Shown here one piece after another: positions 40,567 to 51,175 of a stretch of DNA of 64,000 nucleotides. Both the position numbers and the translations under genes were made by a program. Location: assembly GCA_048417135.1 (NCBI GenBank), contig DBFSDV010000002.1:9883-73882 (forward strand), read 5' to 3'. The notes under the pieces were generated by a model, which was given only the letters and a program-made list of their open reading frames with translations, was not told where the DNA came from and did not search any database. How positions within the stretch are numbered: the stretch's first letter is position 1; every line of letters starts with the position of its first letter. The stretch is from Candidatus Limivicinus sp. (GTDB taxonomy: Bacteria; Bacillota; Clostridia; Oscillospirales; Oscillospiraceae).

Positions 40567-40602
40567 GCCCCGCCTCTCAAGGGAGGCGGGGCAAGTTTGT
40601 TT
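40567..40602 (+). terminator. Rho-independent terminator after yebC
   Basis: Stem GCCCCGCCTC/GAGGCGGGGC followed by a T-rich tail (AAGTTTGTTT). Confidence 0.6.
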
Positions 40603-40696
40603 ACTTTCCCTTATTTGACATTCCGGCAAAACTATGCTAGGGTAAGGCTGTCCGTGAGAGAAAACCGGCAGCCTTTGCTTTCCCCTGGAGGAAATA

Positions 40697-42019
40697 ATGA
40701 ACAAGAGATTAGTTGTGTTTTTGCTTTGCCTGGCATTGAGCGTGGGCCTGGTCACCTGGCTTGTGAGCCTGGACGACAAAAAAACGGTTCAGAGCGCCGC
40801 CACCCCGGAGCCCACCGCGGCCTCGGAGACCGCAGCCCCCCTGGAGGAGGAATCCGCGGAGCCCACGGCCATAGCTCTGGAGCCGGTGTCCAACGCAAAG
40901 ATGAAGGAATATAAGGAAAATGCCCTTGCCGCCATGGAGGTCCTGCGGGAGCTCTACCTGGCCGCAGACAAGGGCACGGCCTCCAACGTGGTCCTCTCCG
41001 ATGCCACCGTGGCCGAGATGGTGGTCACCCTGGGACAGAGCGGCTACACCGCCGTGGACTTCTACGGGAATCTGAACGTACAGAACGCCCAGCCCCTTAT
41101 AGAGTTCGGCAACGGAGTGAAGACCGGGACGGAAGGGGAGGCCTGCTACTATGTCCTCCATTCCGACAGCACCCTGCACGCCAACAACCTTTCCTATAAG
41201 GAGGGCGTGGCCTCGGTGGTCACCGTCTCCGTGGAGTGGGATGAAAATAATGAACCCAGCGTCTACTCCACCGGCCAGTACGCTCTGAGCCGCCTGGAGC
41301 TAACCGACAAGGGCTGGCTCATATGCACCAGGGATTCCGACTCCGGAGGCTCCAGCTGGGCGGTGAACGGCAATGCCTATACCTTCCTGCGCCTGAGCGC
41401 CTATGACGATACCAAGCGCCAGCTGGCGGATAAATATATGGGGGACCAGGCCTATTCGGAGAACAATCTCTTCACCTGCACCTGGAGTACCTCGGACTTC
41501 GGGCAGCTGGACTTCAACTCCCTTTTCCCCCTGCTCTACAGCCGCTATTACGGCACCGTGCCCCTGACCGGCAGCAACATGGGCTATATCGCCGGCTTTG
41601 AAAAGGTGCCGGACACCGACCTGTACATCGCGCCCTATGAGCAGTTCCAGCAGGTGATATGCAGCTACATCGACGTGGATGTGGACACTTTGCAGTGGCT
41701 CTCCGACGACAATGCCTCCCTGGGCGGATACTATGTCCTGGGCACCGCTCAGGAGTACTACAATAACATCACCCCAAAGGTCCCCACCCCCGAGATAACC
41801 GACTACTGGTATAATTCCGACGGCAGCCTCACCATGAAGGTGGACGCGGTGTACCCCGCCTACGGCACCGACTGCGCCTTCACCCATGAGCTGACGGTGA
41901 TGGATACGGAGGACGGCTTCAAGTACCTGTCAAACTATATGTACGAGTCGGAAAACAATATCATCCCCGAGCTGGTCCTAAGAAGTCAGAGGAAGAACCA
42001 GATAGCCATAGTGGAATGA
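40697..42019 (+). CDS. hypothetical membrane-anchored/secreted protein
   Basis: 440 aa with an N-terminal signal-anchor (VVFLLCLALSVGLVTWLV), a Pro/Glu/Ala-rich linker, and a large Tyr/Trp-rich extracytoplasmic domain. I recognised no family. Confidence 0.6.
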   Translation: MNKRLVVFLLCLALSVGLVTWLVSLDDKKTVQSAATPEPTAASETAAPLEEESAEPTAIALEPVSNAKMKEYKENALAAMEVLRELYLAADKGTASNVVLSDATVAEMVVTLGQSGYTAVDFYGNLNVQNAQPLIEFGNGVKTGTEGEACYYVLHSDSTLHANNLSYKEGVASVVTVSVEWDENNEPSVYSTGQYALSRLELTDKGWLICTRDSDSGGSSWAVNGNAYTFLRLSAYDDTKRQLADKYMGDQAYSENNLFTCTWSTSDFGQLDFNSLFPLLYSRYYGTVPLTGSNMGYIAGFEKVPDTDLYIAPYEQFQQVICSYIDVDVDTLQWLSDDNASLGGYYVLGTAQEYYNNITPKVPTPEITDYWYNSDGSLTMKVDAVYPAYGTDCAFTHELTVMDTEDGFKYLSNYMYESENNIIPELVLRSQRKNQIAIVE

Positions 42020-42030
42020 TGCAGGGTAAA

Positions 42031-42063
42031 AAAGACAGCAGAGGCAAAACTCTGCTGTCTTTT
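42031..42063. terminator. bidirectional terminator shared by the 440-aa gene (+) and rnpB (-)
   Basis: 13-bp stem AAAGACAGCAGAG/CTCTGCTGTCTTT, flanked by A-run and T-run. Confidence 0.7.
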
Positions 42064-42094
42064 ACTGCTCCGGCGGGAGCGGCGTTTGATTTGG

Positions 42095-42444
42095 GTTGAG
42101 CAGGCCTGTAAGCCGGGTTCTGTTGAAAACGACCATCTATCTAGGCCTGCCGTTGCCGACAGGCTCAAGCCACCTCCTGAGGACGGCCGGGCCGGCCACA
42201 TGTCCTCCCACGGTGTTGCTCCGGATAGAGTTTACAGCATCTCCATGTCTCCATGGGACGAGTGAGCTCTTACCTCACTTTTCCACCCTTACCGTCGGAA
42301 AGGGTCCGGCGGCGGTATATTTCTGTTGCACTTGTCCGAGGGTCACCCCTGGCGGGCGTTACCCGTTATCCTTGCCCTGTGGAGCCCGGACTTTCCTCAT
42401 GCACAGGCTTTCGCCTTATGCCCGCGGTCGTTCGGCCTGCTCAT
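42095..42444 (-). ncRNA. rnpB: RNase P RNA (bacterial M1-type ribozyme)
   Basis: The reverse complement contains the universal P4 strands GAGGAAAGTCCGGGCTCCACAGGGCA (42373-42398) and ACAGAACCCGGCTTAC (42108-42123). The P1 pairing is GAGCAGGCC/GGCCTGCTC. It has its own promoter and terminator. The ends are approximate. Confidence 0.85.
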
Positions 42445-42450
42445 TGGCCT

Positions 42451-42479
42451 ATTGTAACCATTTTGCCCCGGCAAGTCAA
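42451..42479 (-). promoter_or_regulatory. sigma-A promoter for rnpB (TTGACT-17-TACAAT on minus strand)
   Basis: Reverse-complement hexamers at 42474-42479 and 42451-42456. The P1 5' strand starts ~7-9 nt downstream. Confidence 0.6.
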
Positions 42480-42488
42480 TAAATTTTC

Positions 42489-42517
42489 TTGTAAAGCCGG
42501 AAGAAAAGCTATATAAT
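42489..42517 (+). promoter_or_regulatory. sigma-A promoter (TTGTAA-17-TATAAT) for the murD-like operon
   Basis: Hexamers at 42489-42494 and 42512-42517. Confidence 0.5.
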
Positions 42518-42551
42518 GCTATGGATTGGATAAAAAATGTGAGGTGTTTAA

Positions 42552-43934
42552 ATGACACTGAGGGAATATATAAGCGGCATAAAGGATAAGCGCATAGCCG
42601 TCATAGGCATAGGCGTCAGCAACGAGCCCTTGATCGAGCTGCTTTTGAAAAGCGGCTGCCACGTCACAGCCTGCGATAAGCGAAGTCTTGAGGAGATGGG
42701 GGAAGAGGGCCGGAAGCTCCTGGACATGGGGGCCGAGCTGAAGCTGGGGGAGGATTACCTGGAGGGCCTGGACCAGGACATAATCTTCCGCACCCCCGGG
42801 CTCATGCCCTTTGAGCCCCACCTGGAGGCTGCAAAGGCCCGGGGCAGCCTCATCACTTCCGAGATGGAGGTGTTCATGGCCCTGTGTCCCTGCCCGATGA
42901 TAGCCGTCACCGGCAGCGACGGCAAGACCACCACCAGCACCATAATCTCCGAGCTGCTGAAAGCTTCCGGATATAATGTCCACCTGGGGGGCAACATCGG
43001 CCACCCGCTGCTGTGCGAGACAGGGGAGATCGGGCCGGAGGATATTGCGGTTTTGGAGCTCAGCTCCTTCCAGCTGCACAGCATGAACTGCTGCCCGGAC
43101 GTGGCGGTGATAACCAACCTGAGCCCCAACCACCTGGATAAGCACAAGGATTTTCAGGACTACATGGACGCAAAGCTCAATATATTTGAAAAACAGGGAG
43201 CGGGCCAGCGCCTGGTGCTGAATATGGACGATGCCCATGCCGAGTATTATGCCTCTCACGCCAAATCCTCCCTCAGCTACTTTACCGACAGGGGGGAAGT
43301 AGAAAACGGAGCTTTCTGCAGCGGCGGCGTGATATACAGAGTCTCCGGCGGGCAGCGCCGCCCGGTGATGAAGGCCTCGGAGATAAAGCTGCCCGGGGAG
43401 CACAATCTCCTCAACTACCTGGCGGCCTTTGCCGCCGTGGAGGGCCGGGTGAGCGACGAGGTCTGCGCCAAGGTGGCAAAGATCTTTGCCGGGGTGGAGC
43501 ACCGCATGGAGCAGGTGAGAGTCCTTCGGGGCGTCACCTACATAAACGACTCCATCGGCACCAGCCCCACCAGGACCTCAGCGGGACTGCACGCTTTGAA
43601 GACCAAGCCCATAGTCATTGCCGGGGGCTACGACAAGCACCTGGGCTTTGAGGGCCTGGGGGATGAGCTGTGCCTGCTCTCCAAGCGGGTCTTCCTCACC
43701 GGAGCCACCGCCGAAAAGATAAAGGCGGCCATCCTAAGCTCCCGGTACTACGAGAGCTCCGGCCTTCAGGTGGAGGTAATAGATGACTTCAAGGAGACCG
43801 TGCTGGCCGCGGCCGCCTCTGCTCAGGAGGGGGACATCGTGCTGCTCTCTCCCGCCTGCGCCGCCTTTGACCGCTTCAAGAACTTCATGGAGCGGGGCAA
43901 ATACTTTAAAGAGATAGTAATGGAGCTAAAGTGA
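42552..43934 (+). CDS. murD: Mur ligase of MurD type (UDP-MurNAc-L-Ala:amino-acid ligase; D-Glu pocket residues atypical)
   Basis: 460 aa with a Rossmann N-terminus IAVIGIGVSN, P-loop VTGSDGKTTT, NLSPNHLD, GVEHRME, and LLSPACAAFDRFKNF. The canonical NDSKATN reads NDSIGTS. Confidence 0.7.
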   Translation: MTLREYISGIKDKRIAVIGIGVSNEPLIELLLKSGCHVTACDKRSLEEMGEEGRKLLDMGAELKLGEDYLEGLDQDIIFRTPGLMPFEPHLEAAKARGSLITSEMEVFMALCPCPMIAVTGSDGKTTTSTIISELLKASGYNVHLGGNIGHPLLCETGEIGPEDIAVLELSSFQLHSMNCCPDVAVITNLSPNHLDKHKDFQDYMDAKLNIFEKQGAGQRLVLNMDDAHAEYYASHAKSSLSYFTDRGEVENGAFCSGGVIYRVSGGQRRPVMKASEIKLPGEHNLLNYLAAFAAVEGRVSDEVCAKVAKIFAGVEHRMEQVRVLRGVTYINDSIGTSPTRTSAGLHALKTKPIVIAGGYDKHLGFEGLGDELCLLSKRVFLTGATAEKIKAAILSSRYYESSGLQVEVIDDFKETVLAAAASAQEGDIVLLSPACAAFDRFKNFMERGKYFKEIVMELK

Positions 43935-43935
43935 T

Positions 43936-45192
43936 ATGAAGATATCCGATATACGTCCCGAGGTGTATGACATGGCCTGCCGGGCCCAGGAGCGCATCAA
44001 GCACCGCTTTGACGCCATTGACGCCGTGGCGGAGTCCAATACCCGCCGGGTGATGGAGGCCTTCCAGGACAACAAGGTGGCCGAGGCCTGCTTTGCGGGC
44101 ACCACCGGCTACGGCTACGACGATCTGGGGCGGGAGACCCTGGATAAGATCTACGCCCAGGTTTTTGGCACCGAGGCCGCCCTGGTGCGCATCGGCTTTG
44201 TAAACGGCACCCACGCCCTGACGGCGGCCATGTTTGCTCTGGTGAAGCCGGGGGACACCATCCTGGCCGCCACCGGCATGCCCTATGACACCCTCCGTAC
44301 CGCCATAGGCATAAACGGGGCCGAGCACGGCTCCCTGAAGTTCTACGGCATAGACTATGCCCAGGTGGACATGACGGCGGAAGGGGAGCCGGACTATGAG
44401 GCCATAGCCAGGGCCGCCGCCGACCCCAGGGTCAGCGCCGTGATGGTCCAGCGCTCCCGGGGCTATGATGACAGGAAGTCCCTGGCCGTAGAGGAGATAG
44501 GCCGTATCTGCCGCTGTGTAAAAGAGTCAAACCCCAGGGCGAAGATCATGGTGGACAACTGCTACGGCGAGTTCACCGACACCCTGGAGCCCAGTCATGT
44601 GGGGGCGGACATCATAGCCGGCTCCCTCATCAAGAACCCCGGCGGCGGCCTGGCTCCCACCGGCGGCTATATCGCCGGCACCAGGGAGCTGGTGGACCGG
44701 GCGGCCATGCGCCTGACCACCCCCGGCATAGGCGGGGAGTGCGGCTCCACCCTGGGCAATAACCGGCTGCTGTTCCAGGGCCTCTTCATGGCCCCCCACG
44801 TGGTGGCCCAGGCTCTGAAGACCGCGGTGTTCTGCGCCGCAATGATGGAGGAGCTGGGTCTGGAGAGCACCCCAGGTGTGGAGGATAAGCGGGGGGATAT
44901 AATCCAGATGGTGAAGCTGGGCTCCCCGGAGAATATGAAGCGCTATTGCCTGGGCATCCAGGCGGGAGCCCCGGTGGAATCCTATGTGACGCCGGAGCCC
45001 TGGCCCATGCCGGGCTATGACTGCCCGGTGATCATGGCGGCGGGCAACTTCATCCAGGGCTCTTCTATAGAGCTCTCCGCCGACGGCCCGATACGGGAGC
45101 CCTACACCGTGTATATGCAGGGCGGCCTCACCTACGAGTCCGGCAAGCTGGGAATAATGATGGCGGTCAGCGCCATGTTGGAGAATAGCTGA
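43936..45192 (+). CDS. YnbB / 'aluminium resistance' family PLP-dependent enzyme (Met gamma-lyase-like fold)
   Basis: 418 aa with the characteristic N-terminus ...NTRRVMEAFQDNKVAEACFAGTTGYGYDDLGRETLDKIYAQVFGTEAALVR. It begins 1 nt after the murD-like stop. Confidence 0.75.
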   Translation: MKISDIRPEVYDMACRAQERIKHRFDAIDAVAESNTRRVMEAFQDNKVAEACFAGTTGYGYDDLGRETLDKIYAQVFGTEAALVRIGFVNGTHALTAAMFALVKPGDTILAATGMPYDTLRTAIGINGAEHGSLKFYGIDYAQVDMTAEGEPDYEAIARAAADPRVSAVMVQRSRGYDDRKSLAVEEIGRICRCVKESNPRAKIMVDNCYGEFTDTLEPSHVGADIIAGSLIKNPGGGLAPTGGYIAGTRELVDRAAMRLTTPGIGGECGSTLGNNRLLFQGLFMAPHVVAQALKTAVFCAAMMEELGLESTPGVEDKRGDIIQMVKLGSPENMKRYCLGIQAGAPVESYVTPEPWPMPGYDCPVIMAAGNFIQGSSIELSADGPIREPYTVYMQGGLTYESGKLGIMMAVSAMLENS

Positions 45193-45219
45193 GCATATAA
45201 TGCATGGGGAGGTGTCTCC

Positions 45220-47893
<2,674 letters not shown>

Positions 47894-47941
47894 AGCTCCC
47901 GCCGTCCTGAAAGACGGCAGCGGGCAAATATTGCATGAGTC

Positions 47942-47972
47942 TAAAGGCGCGGGGAAATTTCCCGCGCCTTTA
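47942..47972 (+). terminator. terminator hairpin after ligA
   Basis: Near-perfect palindrome AAAGGCGCGGGGAAATTTCCCGCGCCTTT. Confidence 0.6.
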
Positions 47973-48039
47973 ACATTGCCTCCGGCTGCGGCATAGTATG
48001 CCTTGAGGTCTCCCTTTAGAACAACTGGAGGAAATCAAA

Positions 48040-48483
48040 TTGAGCAAAACAGAAAATGAAATGAACTATAGGTGCGGCTCCTTGCCCAAGGATGCGCCTC
48101 TGGCAATGGCCTATGTGCCGCTGCAAAACAGCGCCGCACCCAGTTACGAGAGCATGGAGGCCCTGTCCCGGGGCACCCTGTTCCCCGGACTGGACCTGCC
48201 GCTGATGAATATTGTAAACGACGAGCTTCAGGCCTGCCCCATGACGGAGCTGATGGCCATCGACTTTGCCGCCGACGAGCTGGAGCTCTATCTGGATACC
48301 CACAGCGAGGACAGCGAAGCTTTCGCCATGTATCAGACATTTCTGGCCCTGAAAAAGGAGGCCCGCAGCCGCTATGTCAAGCAGTACGGCCCCATATCCC
48401 AGGAGGATATGCTGGGGGCCAAGTGCTATGACTGGCTGAAAGAGCCCTGGCCCTGGGACTACAGGAGCAAGACGGAGGTGTAA
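48040..48483 (+). CDS. spore-coat protein, fused CotJA-CotJB
   Basis: The N-terminal half carries the CotJA motif (AMAYVPLQ...ALSRGTLFPGLDLP). The C-terminal half carries the CotJB motif (FAADELELYLDTH...YGP...EPWPWDY). The start is TTG 48040 (SD GGAGG) or ATG 48061. Confidence 0.7.
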   Translation: MSKTENEMNYRCGSLPKDAPLAMAYVPLQNSAAPSYESMEALSRGTLFPGLDLPLMNIVNDELQACPMTELMAIDFAADELELYLDTHSEDSEAFAMYQTFLALKKEARSRYVKQYGPISQEDMLGAKCYDWLKEPWPWDYRSKTEV

Positions 48484-48486
48484 GAG

Positions 48487-49083
48487 ATGTTTGTATATGA
48501 GAAGAAGCTGCAATACCCTGTGAGGATAAAGAACACCAACCCCGCCCTGGCAAAGTTCATCATAAGTCAGTACGGCGGGCCGGACGGCGAGCTGGGGGCC
48601 TCCCTGCGCTATCTGAGCCAGAGATACTCCATGCCCTACCCGGAGCTGAAGGGCCTGCTGACGGATATAGGCACAGAGGAGCTGGGCCACCTGGAGATGA
48701 TAGGCACCATAGTCCACCAGCTCACCAGGGACATGACGGTGGAGGAGATAAAGAAGGCGGGCTTCCAGGACTATTTCGTGGACCATACCGCCGGCGTGTA
48801 TCCCACCGCCGCCTCCGGCTCCCCCTGGTCCGCCGCCGGCATGGAGGTAAAGGGCGACGTGATAGCCGACCTGAACGAGGACATGGCCGCCGAGCAGAAG
48901 GCCAGGGTTACCTATGACAATATCCTGCGCCTGTCCGACGACCCGGACGTGAACAATGTGATACGCTATCTCCGGGAACGGGAGATAGTCCACTACCAGC
49001 GCTTCGGCGAGGGACTGCGCCGGGCCCTGGAAAAGCTGGACGAGAAGAATTTCTACGCCACCAACCCGGCCTTTGACAGATAG
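48487..49083 (+). CDS. cotJC: spore-coat protein CotJC (manganese-catalase/ferritin-like)
   Basis: MFVYEKKLQYPVRIKNTNPALAKFIISQYGGPDGELGASLRYLSQRYSMP...EELGHLEMIG. Confidence 0.9.
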   Translation: MFVYEKKLQYPVRIKNTNPALAKFIISQYGGPDGELGASLRYLSQRYSMPYPELKGLLTDIGTEELGHLEMIGTIVHQLTRDMTVEEIKKAGFQDYFVDHTAGVYPTAASGSPWSAAGMEVKGDVIADLNEDMAAEQKARVTYDNILRLSDDPDVNNVIRYLREREIVHYQRFGEGLRRALEKLDEKNFYATNPAFDR

Positions 49084-49102
49084 AGAAGAATAAGACTGAA
49101 AA

Positions 49103-49129
49103 GAGTCCCGCCTGGCTCAGGCGGGACTC
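49103..49129. terminator. bidirectional terminator between cotJC (+) and mgtC (-)
   Basis: Stem GAGTCCCGCCTG/CAGGCGGGACTC. Confidence 0.6.
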
Positions 49130-49155
49130 TATATGTATGTAGGAAGAAAGGGGCC

Positions 49156-49881
49156 TCAGTGTACCAGCAGGCAGCTGGAGGACAGAACATCGCTGGAATT
49201 GAAGAGGCACATCATGTCGTCCAGGGTGATGTCCTTGGGGGACCTGAGAAGAAAGTCGTACATGGAACATCCGTTCTCGTCCTTGGTCACGGAGCTCTCC
49301 ACCACCTGTATCTTGTGCTCGGATATGTAGGACAAAAACTGGGGCGGCAGCTCACAGTGGCTGGCCAGGGTGAATTGCAAGCGGCTGGTGAAGGTGGCGT
49401 CCATACCCACGGTAAAGCGGTGCATAAGTATCTGGATAACGGCAATGACCACCGTGGAGAAGATGCCCACAATAAACATGCCGGAGCCGATGGCAAGGCC
49501 GATACCGGCGGTGGCCCAGATACCGGCGGCGGTGGTCAATCCCTTGACGCTGCTGCCATGTTTGAAGATAACACCGGCGCCAAGAAAGCTTATGCCGCTG
49601 ACCACTTGGGCTGCGATACGAGCGGGGTCTGCGCCCCTGGTGCCGTTGAATACCTCTCCGGTCTCACTGGTGAGATCCGCAAAGCCATATTTGGAGACTA
49701 TTATCATCAGAGCCGCCGCACAGCAGACTATGACGTGGGTGCGCACCCCGGCCTCTTTAAGGCGTTTGCTGCGCTCCATGCCTATGCAGGCTCCGCAGAC
49801 GCAGGCTAAAAGTATCCTGCAAAAGAAATCCAGTTCCTGCATAAAAGAGAACTGGCTGGTGAGATAAGCTGTAAGTGTCAT
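49156..49881 (-). CDS. mgtC: MgtC/SapB-family membrane protein
   Basis: 241 aa with CGACIGMERS....AGVRTH, AAQVVSGISFLGAGVIFK and GLTTAAGIWATAGIGLAIG motifs, plus a soluble C-terminal domain. Confidence 0.9.
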   Translation of the reverse strand: MTLTAYLTSQFSFMQELDFFCRILLACVCGACIGMERSKRLKEAGVRTHVIVCCAAALMIIVSKYGFADLTSETGEVFNGTRGADPARIAAQVVSGISFLGAGVIFKHGSSVKGLTTAAGIWATAGIGLAIGSGMFIVGIFSTVVIAVIQILMHRFTVGMDATFTSRLQFTLASHCELPPQFLSYISEHKIQVVESSVTKDENGCSMYDFLLRSPKDITLDDMMCLFNSSDVLSSSCLLVH

Positions 49882-50081
49882 TTCATTTTCCCCTTGTTTT
49901 TAGTAAAAAACCGCTTCAACCTGCCCAGTCTGTGGCGCAGTGGCTCCATTGGGACATCAACGGATAAGGTCTCAGGAATGTATGTCTCTTCCGAGCTGTC
50001 ACTGTGAGGCACATAAAGCCTCAGCGCCGCCTGCATGGGCAGACTCTGATAGATGCTCTTGTTTTCATGATCCCGTTCCAT
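49878..50081 (-). CDS. hypothetical 67-aa protein, translationally coupled to mgtC
   Basis: Its stop overlaps the mgtC start (ATGA). It is hydrophilic with a basic C-terminus. I recognised no family. Confidence 0.4.
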   Translation of the reverse strand: MERDHENKSIYQSLPMQAALRLYVPHSDSSEETYIPETLSVDVPMEPLRHRLGRLKRFFTKNKGKMK

Positions 50082-50126
50082 TTACCTACCTCCTATTGAT
50101 TTTTCCTGCCATTTTCTGTATAGTGT

Positions 50127-50155
50127 ATTATAGTCAATAAAAACTATAATGTAAA
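50127..50155 (-). promoter_or_regulatory. sigma-A promoter (TTTACA-17-TATAAT on minus strand) for the 67-aa ORF and mgtC
   Basis: Reverse-complement hexamers at 50150-50155 and 50127-50132. Confidence 0.5.
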
Positions 50156-50203
50156 ATTAGAATTAGTGAGATAGTATATAATCAAACGTAATAGGAGGGC
50201 ACT

Positions 50204-51103
50204 ATGCTGGACCCAAAAATATATTCACTCCTGCAGGTCTGTGAGAGCGGAAGCTTTATAGCCGCATCCAAAAAACTGTCCATAACCCAGCCCGCCGTGA
50301 GCCACCATATAAAGGCTCTGGAGGAGGAGCTGAAGGTGACAATATTTGAAAGGCGCAACGGAAAAGTGGTCCTGACCAGGGAAGGTGAGGAGGTAGTCAA
50401 GTGCGCCAGGAAGATGCAGGGCCTATATCAGAATCTGCTCCAGAACCTGGGGGACAGCAAGAAGCTGATAACCCATCTGACTGTGGGCGTCACCCACACG
50501 GCCGAGAGCAACCCCATAGCCGAAGCCCTGGCCAGATACTGCGCCGAAAACGATAATGTCATTATTAAAATGATTACTGGCACTATAAATAATCTTTATA
50601 ATAAGCTGAAGGAATACGAGATAGACCTGGCCGTAGTGGAGGGGAGGATAACCGACCCCAGCATACACCACCTGCTTATAGATACCGACTATCTTGTGCT
50701 GGCCGTATCGGTGAACCACCCCTTTGCCAAGCGGCAGATGATAAATCTGAACGAGCTGAAGAAGGAGCGGATGATACTCCGGCTGCCAAACTCCGGGACC
50801 CGCAATCTGTTTACCGCCCATCTGGAGAGCAACAACATGAGCCTCAGCGAGTTCAACGTTATCCTGGAGCTGGACAATATAGCCACCATAAAGGACCTGA
50901 TCCGCCGGGACTTCGGCGTGTCCATCCTGCCCAGGAGCGTGTGCCTGGACGAGCTGAAAAAGAAGAAGATAGCCGTGCTGCCGGTGGAGAACCTGAGCAT
51001 GATACGGGAAATAAACCTTGCCTACCACAAGGACTTTGCCCAGCTGGACATCCTGCAGGACATCGCCCGTTACTATCGGGAGACCTTGCGCTATTACCAG
51101 TGA
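50204..51103 (+). CDS. LysR-family transcriptional regulator
   Basis: 299 aa with an N-terminal wHTH (FIAASKKLSITQPAVSHHIKALEEEL) and a LysR substrate-binding domain. It is divergent from the mgtC operon. Confidence 0.9.
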   Translation: MLDPKIYSLLQVCESGSFIAASKKLSITQPAVSHHIKALEEELKVTIFERRNGKVVLTREGEEVVKCARKMQGLYQNLLQNLGDSKKLITHLTVGVTHTAESNPIAEALARYCAENDNVIIKMITGTINNLYNKLKEYEIDLAVVEGRITDPSIHHLLIDTDYLVLAVSVNHPFAKRQMINLNELKKERMILRLPNSGTRNLFTAHLESNNMSLSEFNVILELDNIATIKDLIRRDFGVSILPRSVCLDELKKKKIAVLPVENLSMIREINLAYHKDFAQLDILQDIARYYRETLRYYQ

Positions 51104-51118
51104 CCCCAGGCAAAAAAC

Positions 51119-51158
51119 ATAGCCCCATGTCTGCACCCGGCAGCAGACATGGGGCTAT
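51119..51158. terminator. bidirectional terminator between the LysR gene (+) and the anti-sigma gene (-)
   Basis: 16-bp stem ATAGCCCCATGTCTGC/GCAGACATGGGGCTAT. Confidence 0.7.
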
Positions 51159-51175
51159 TACATTCTATAAAAAGC

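Noticed and set aside
42096-42516. Plus-strand ORFs 42096-42482 and 42253-42516, and minus-strand ORF 41986-42201.
   Set aside because: The region is RNase P RNA on the minus strand. It carries the conserved P4 sequences and has its own promoter and terminator. The ORFs are artefacts of a structured GC-rich RNA gene.
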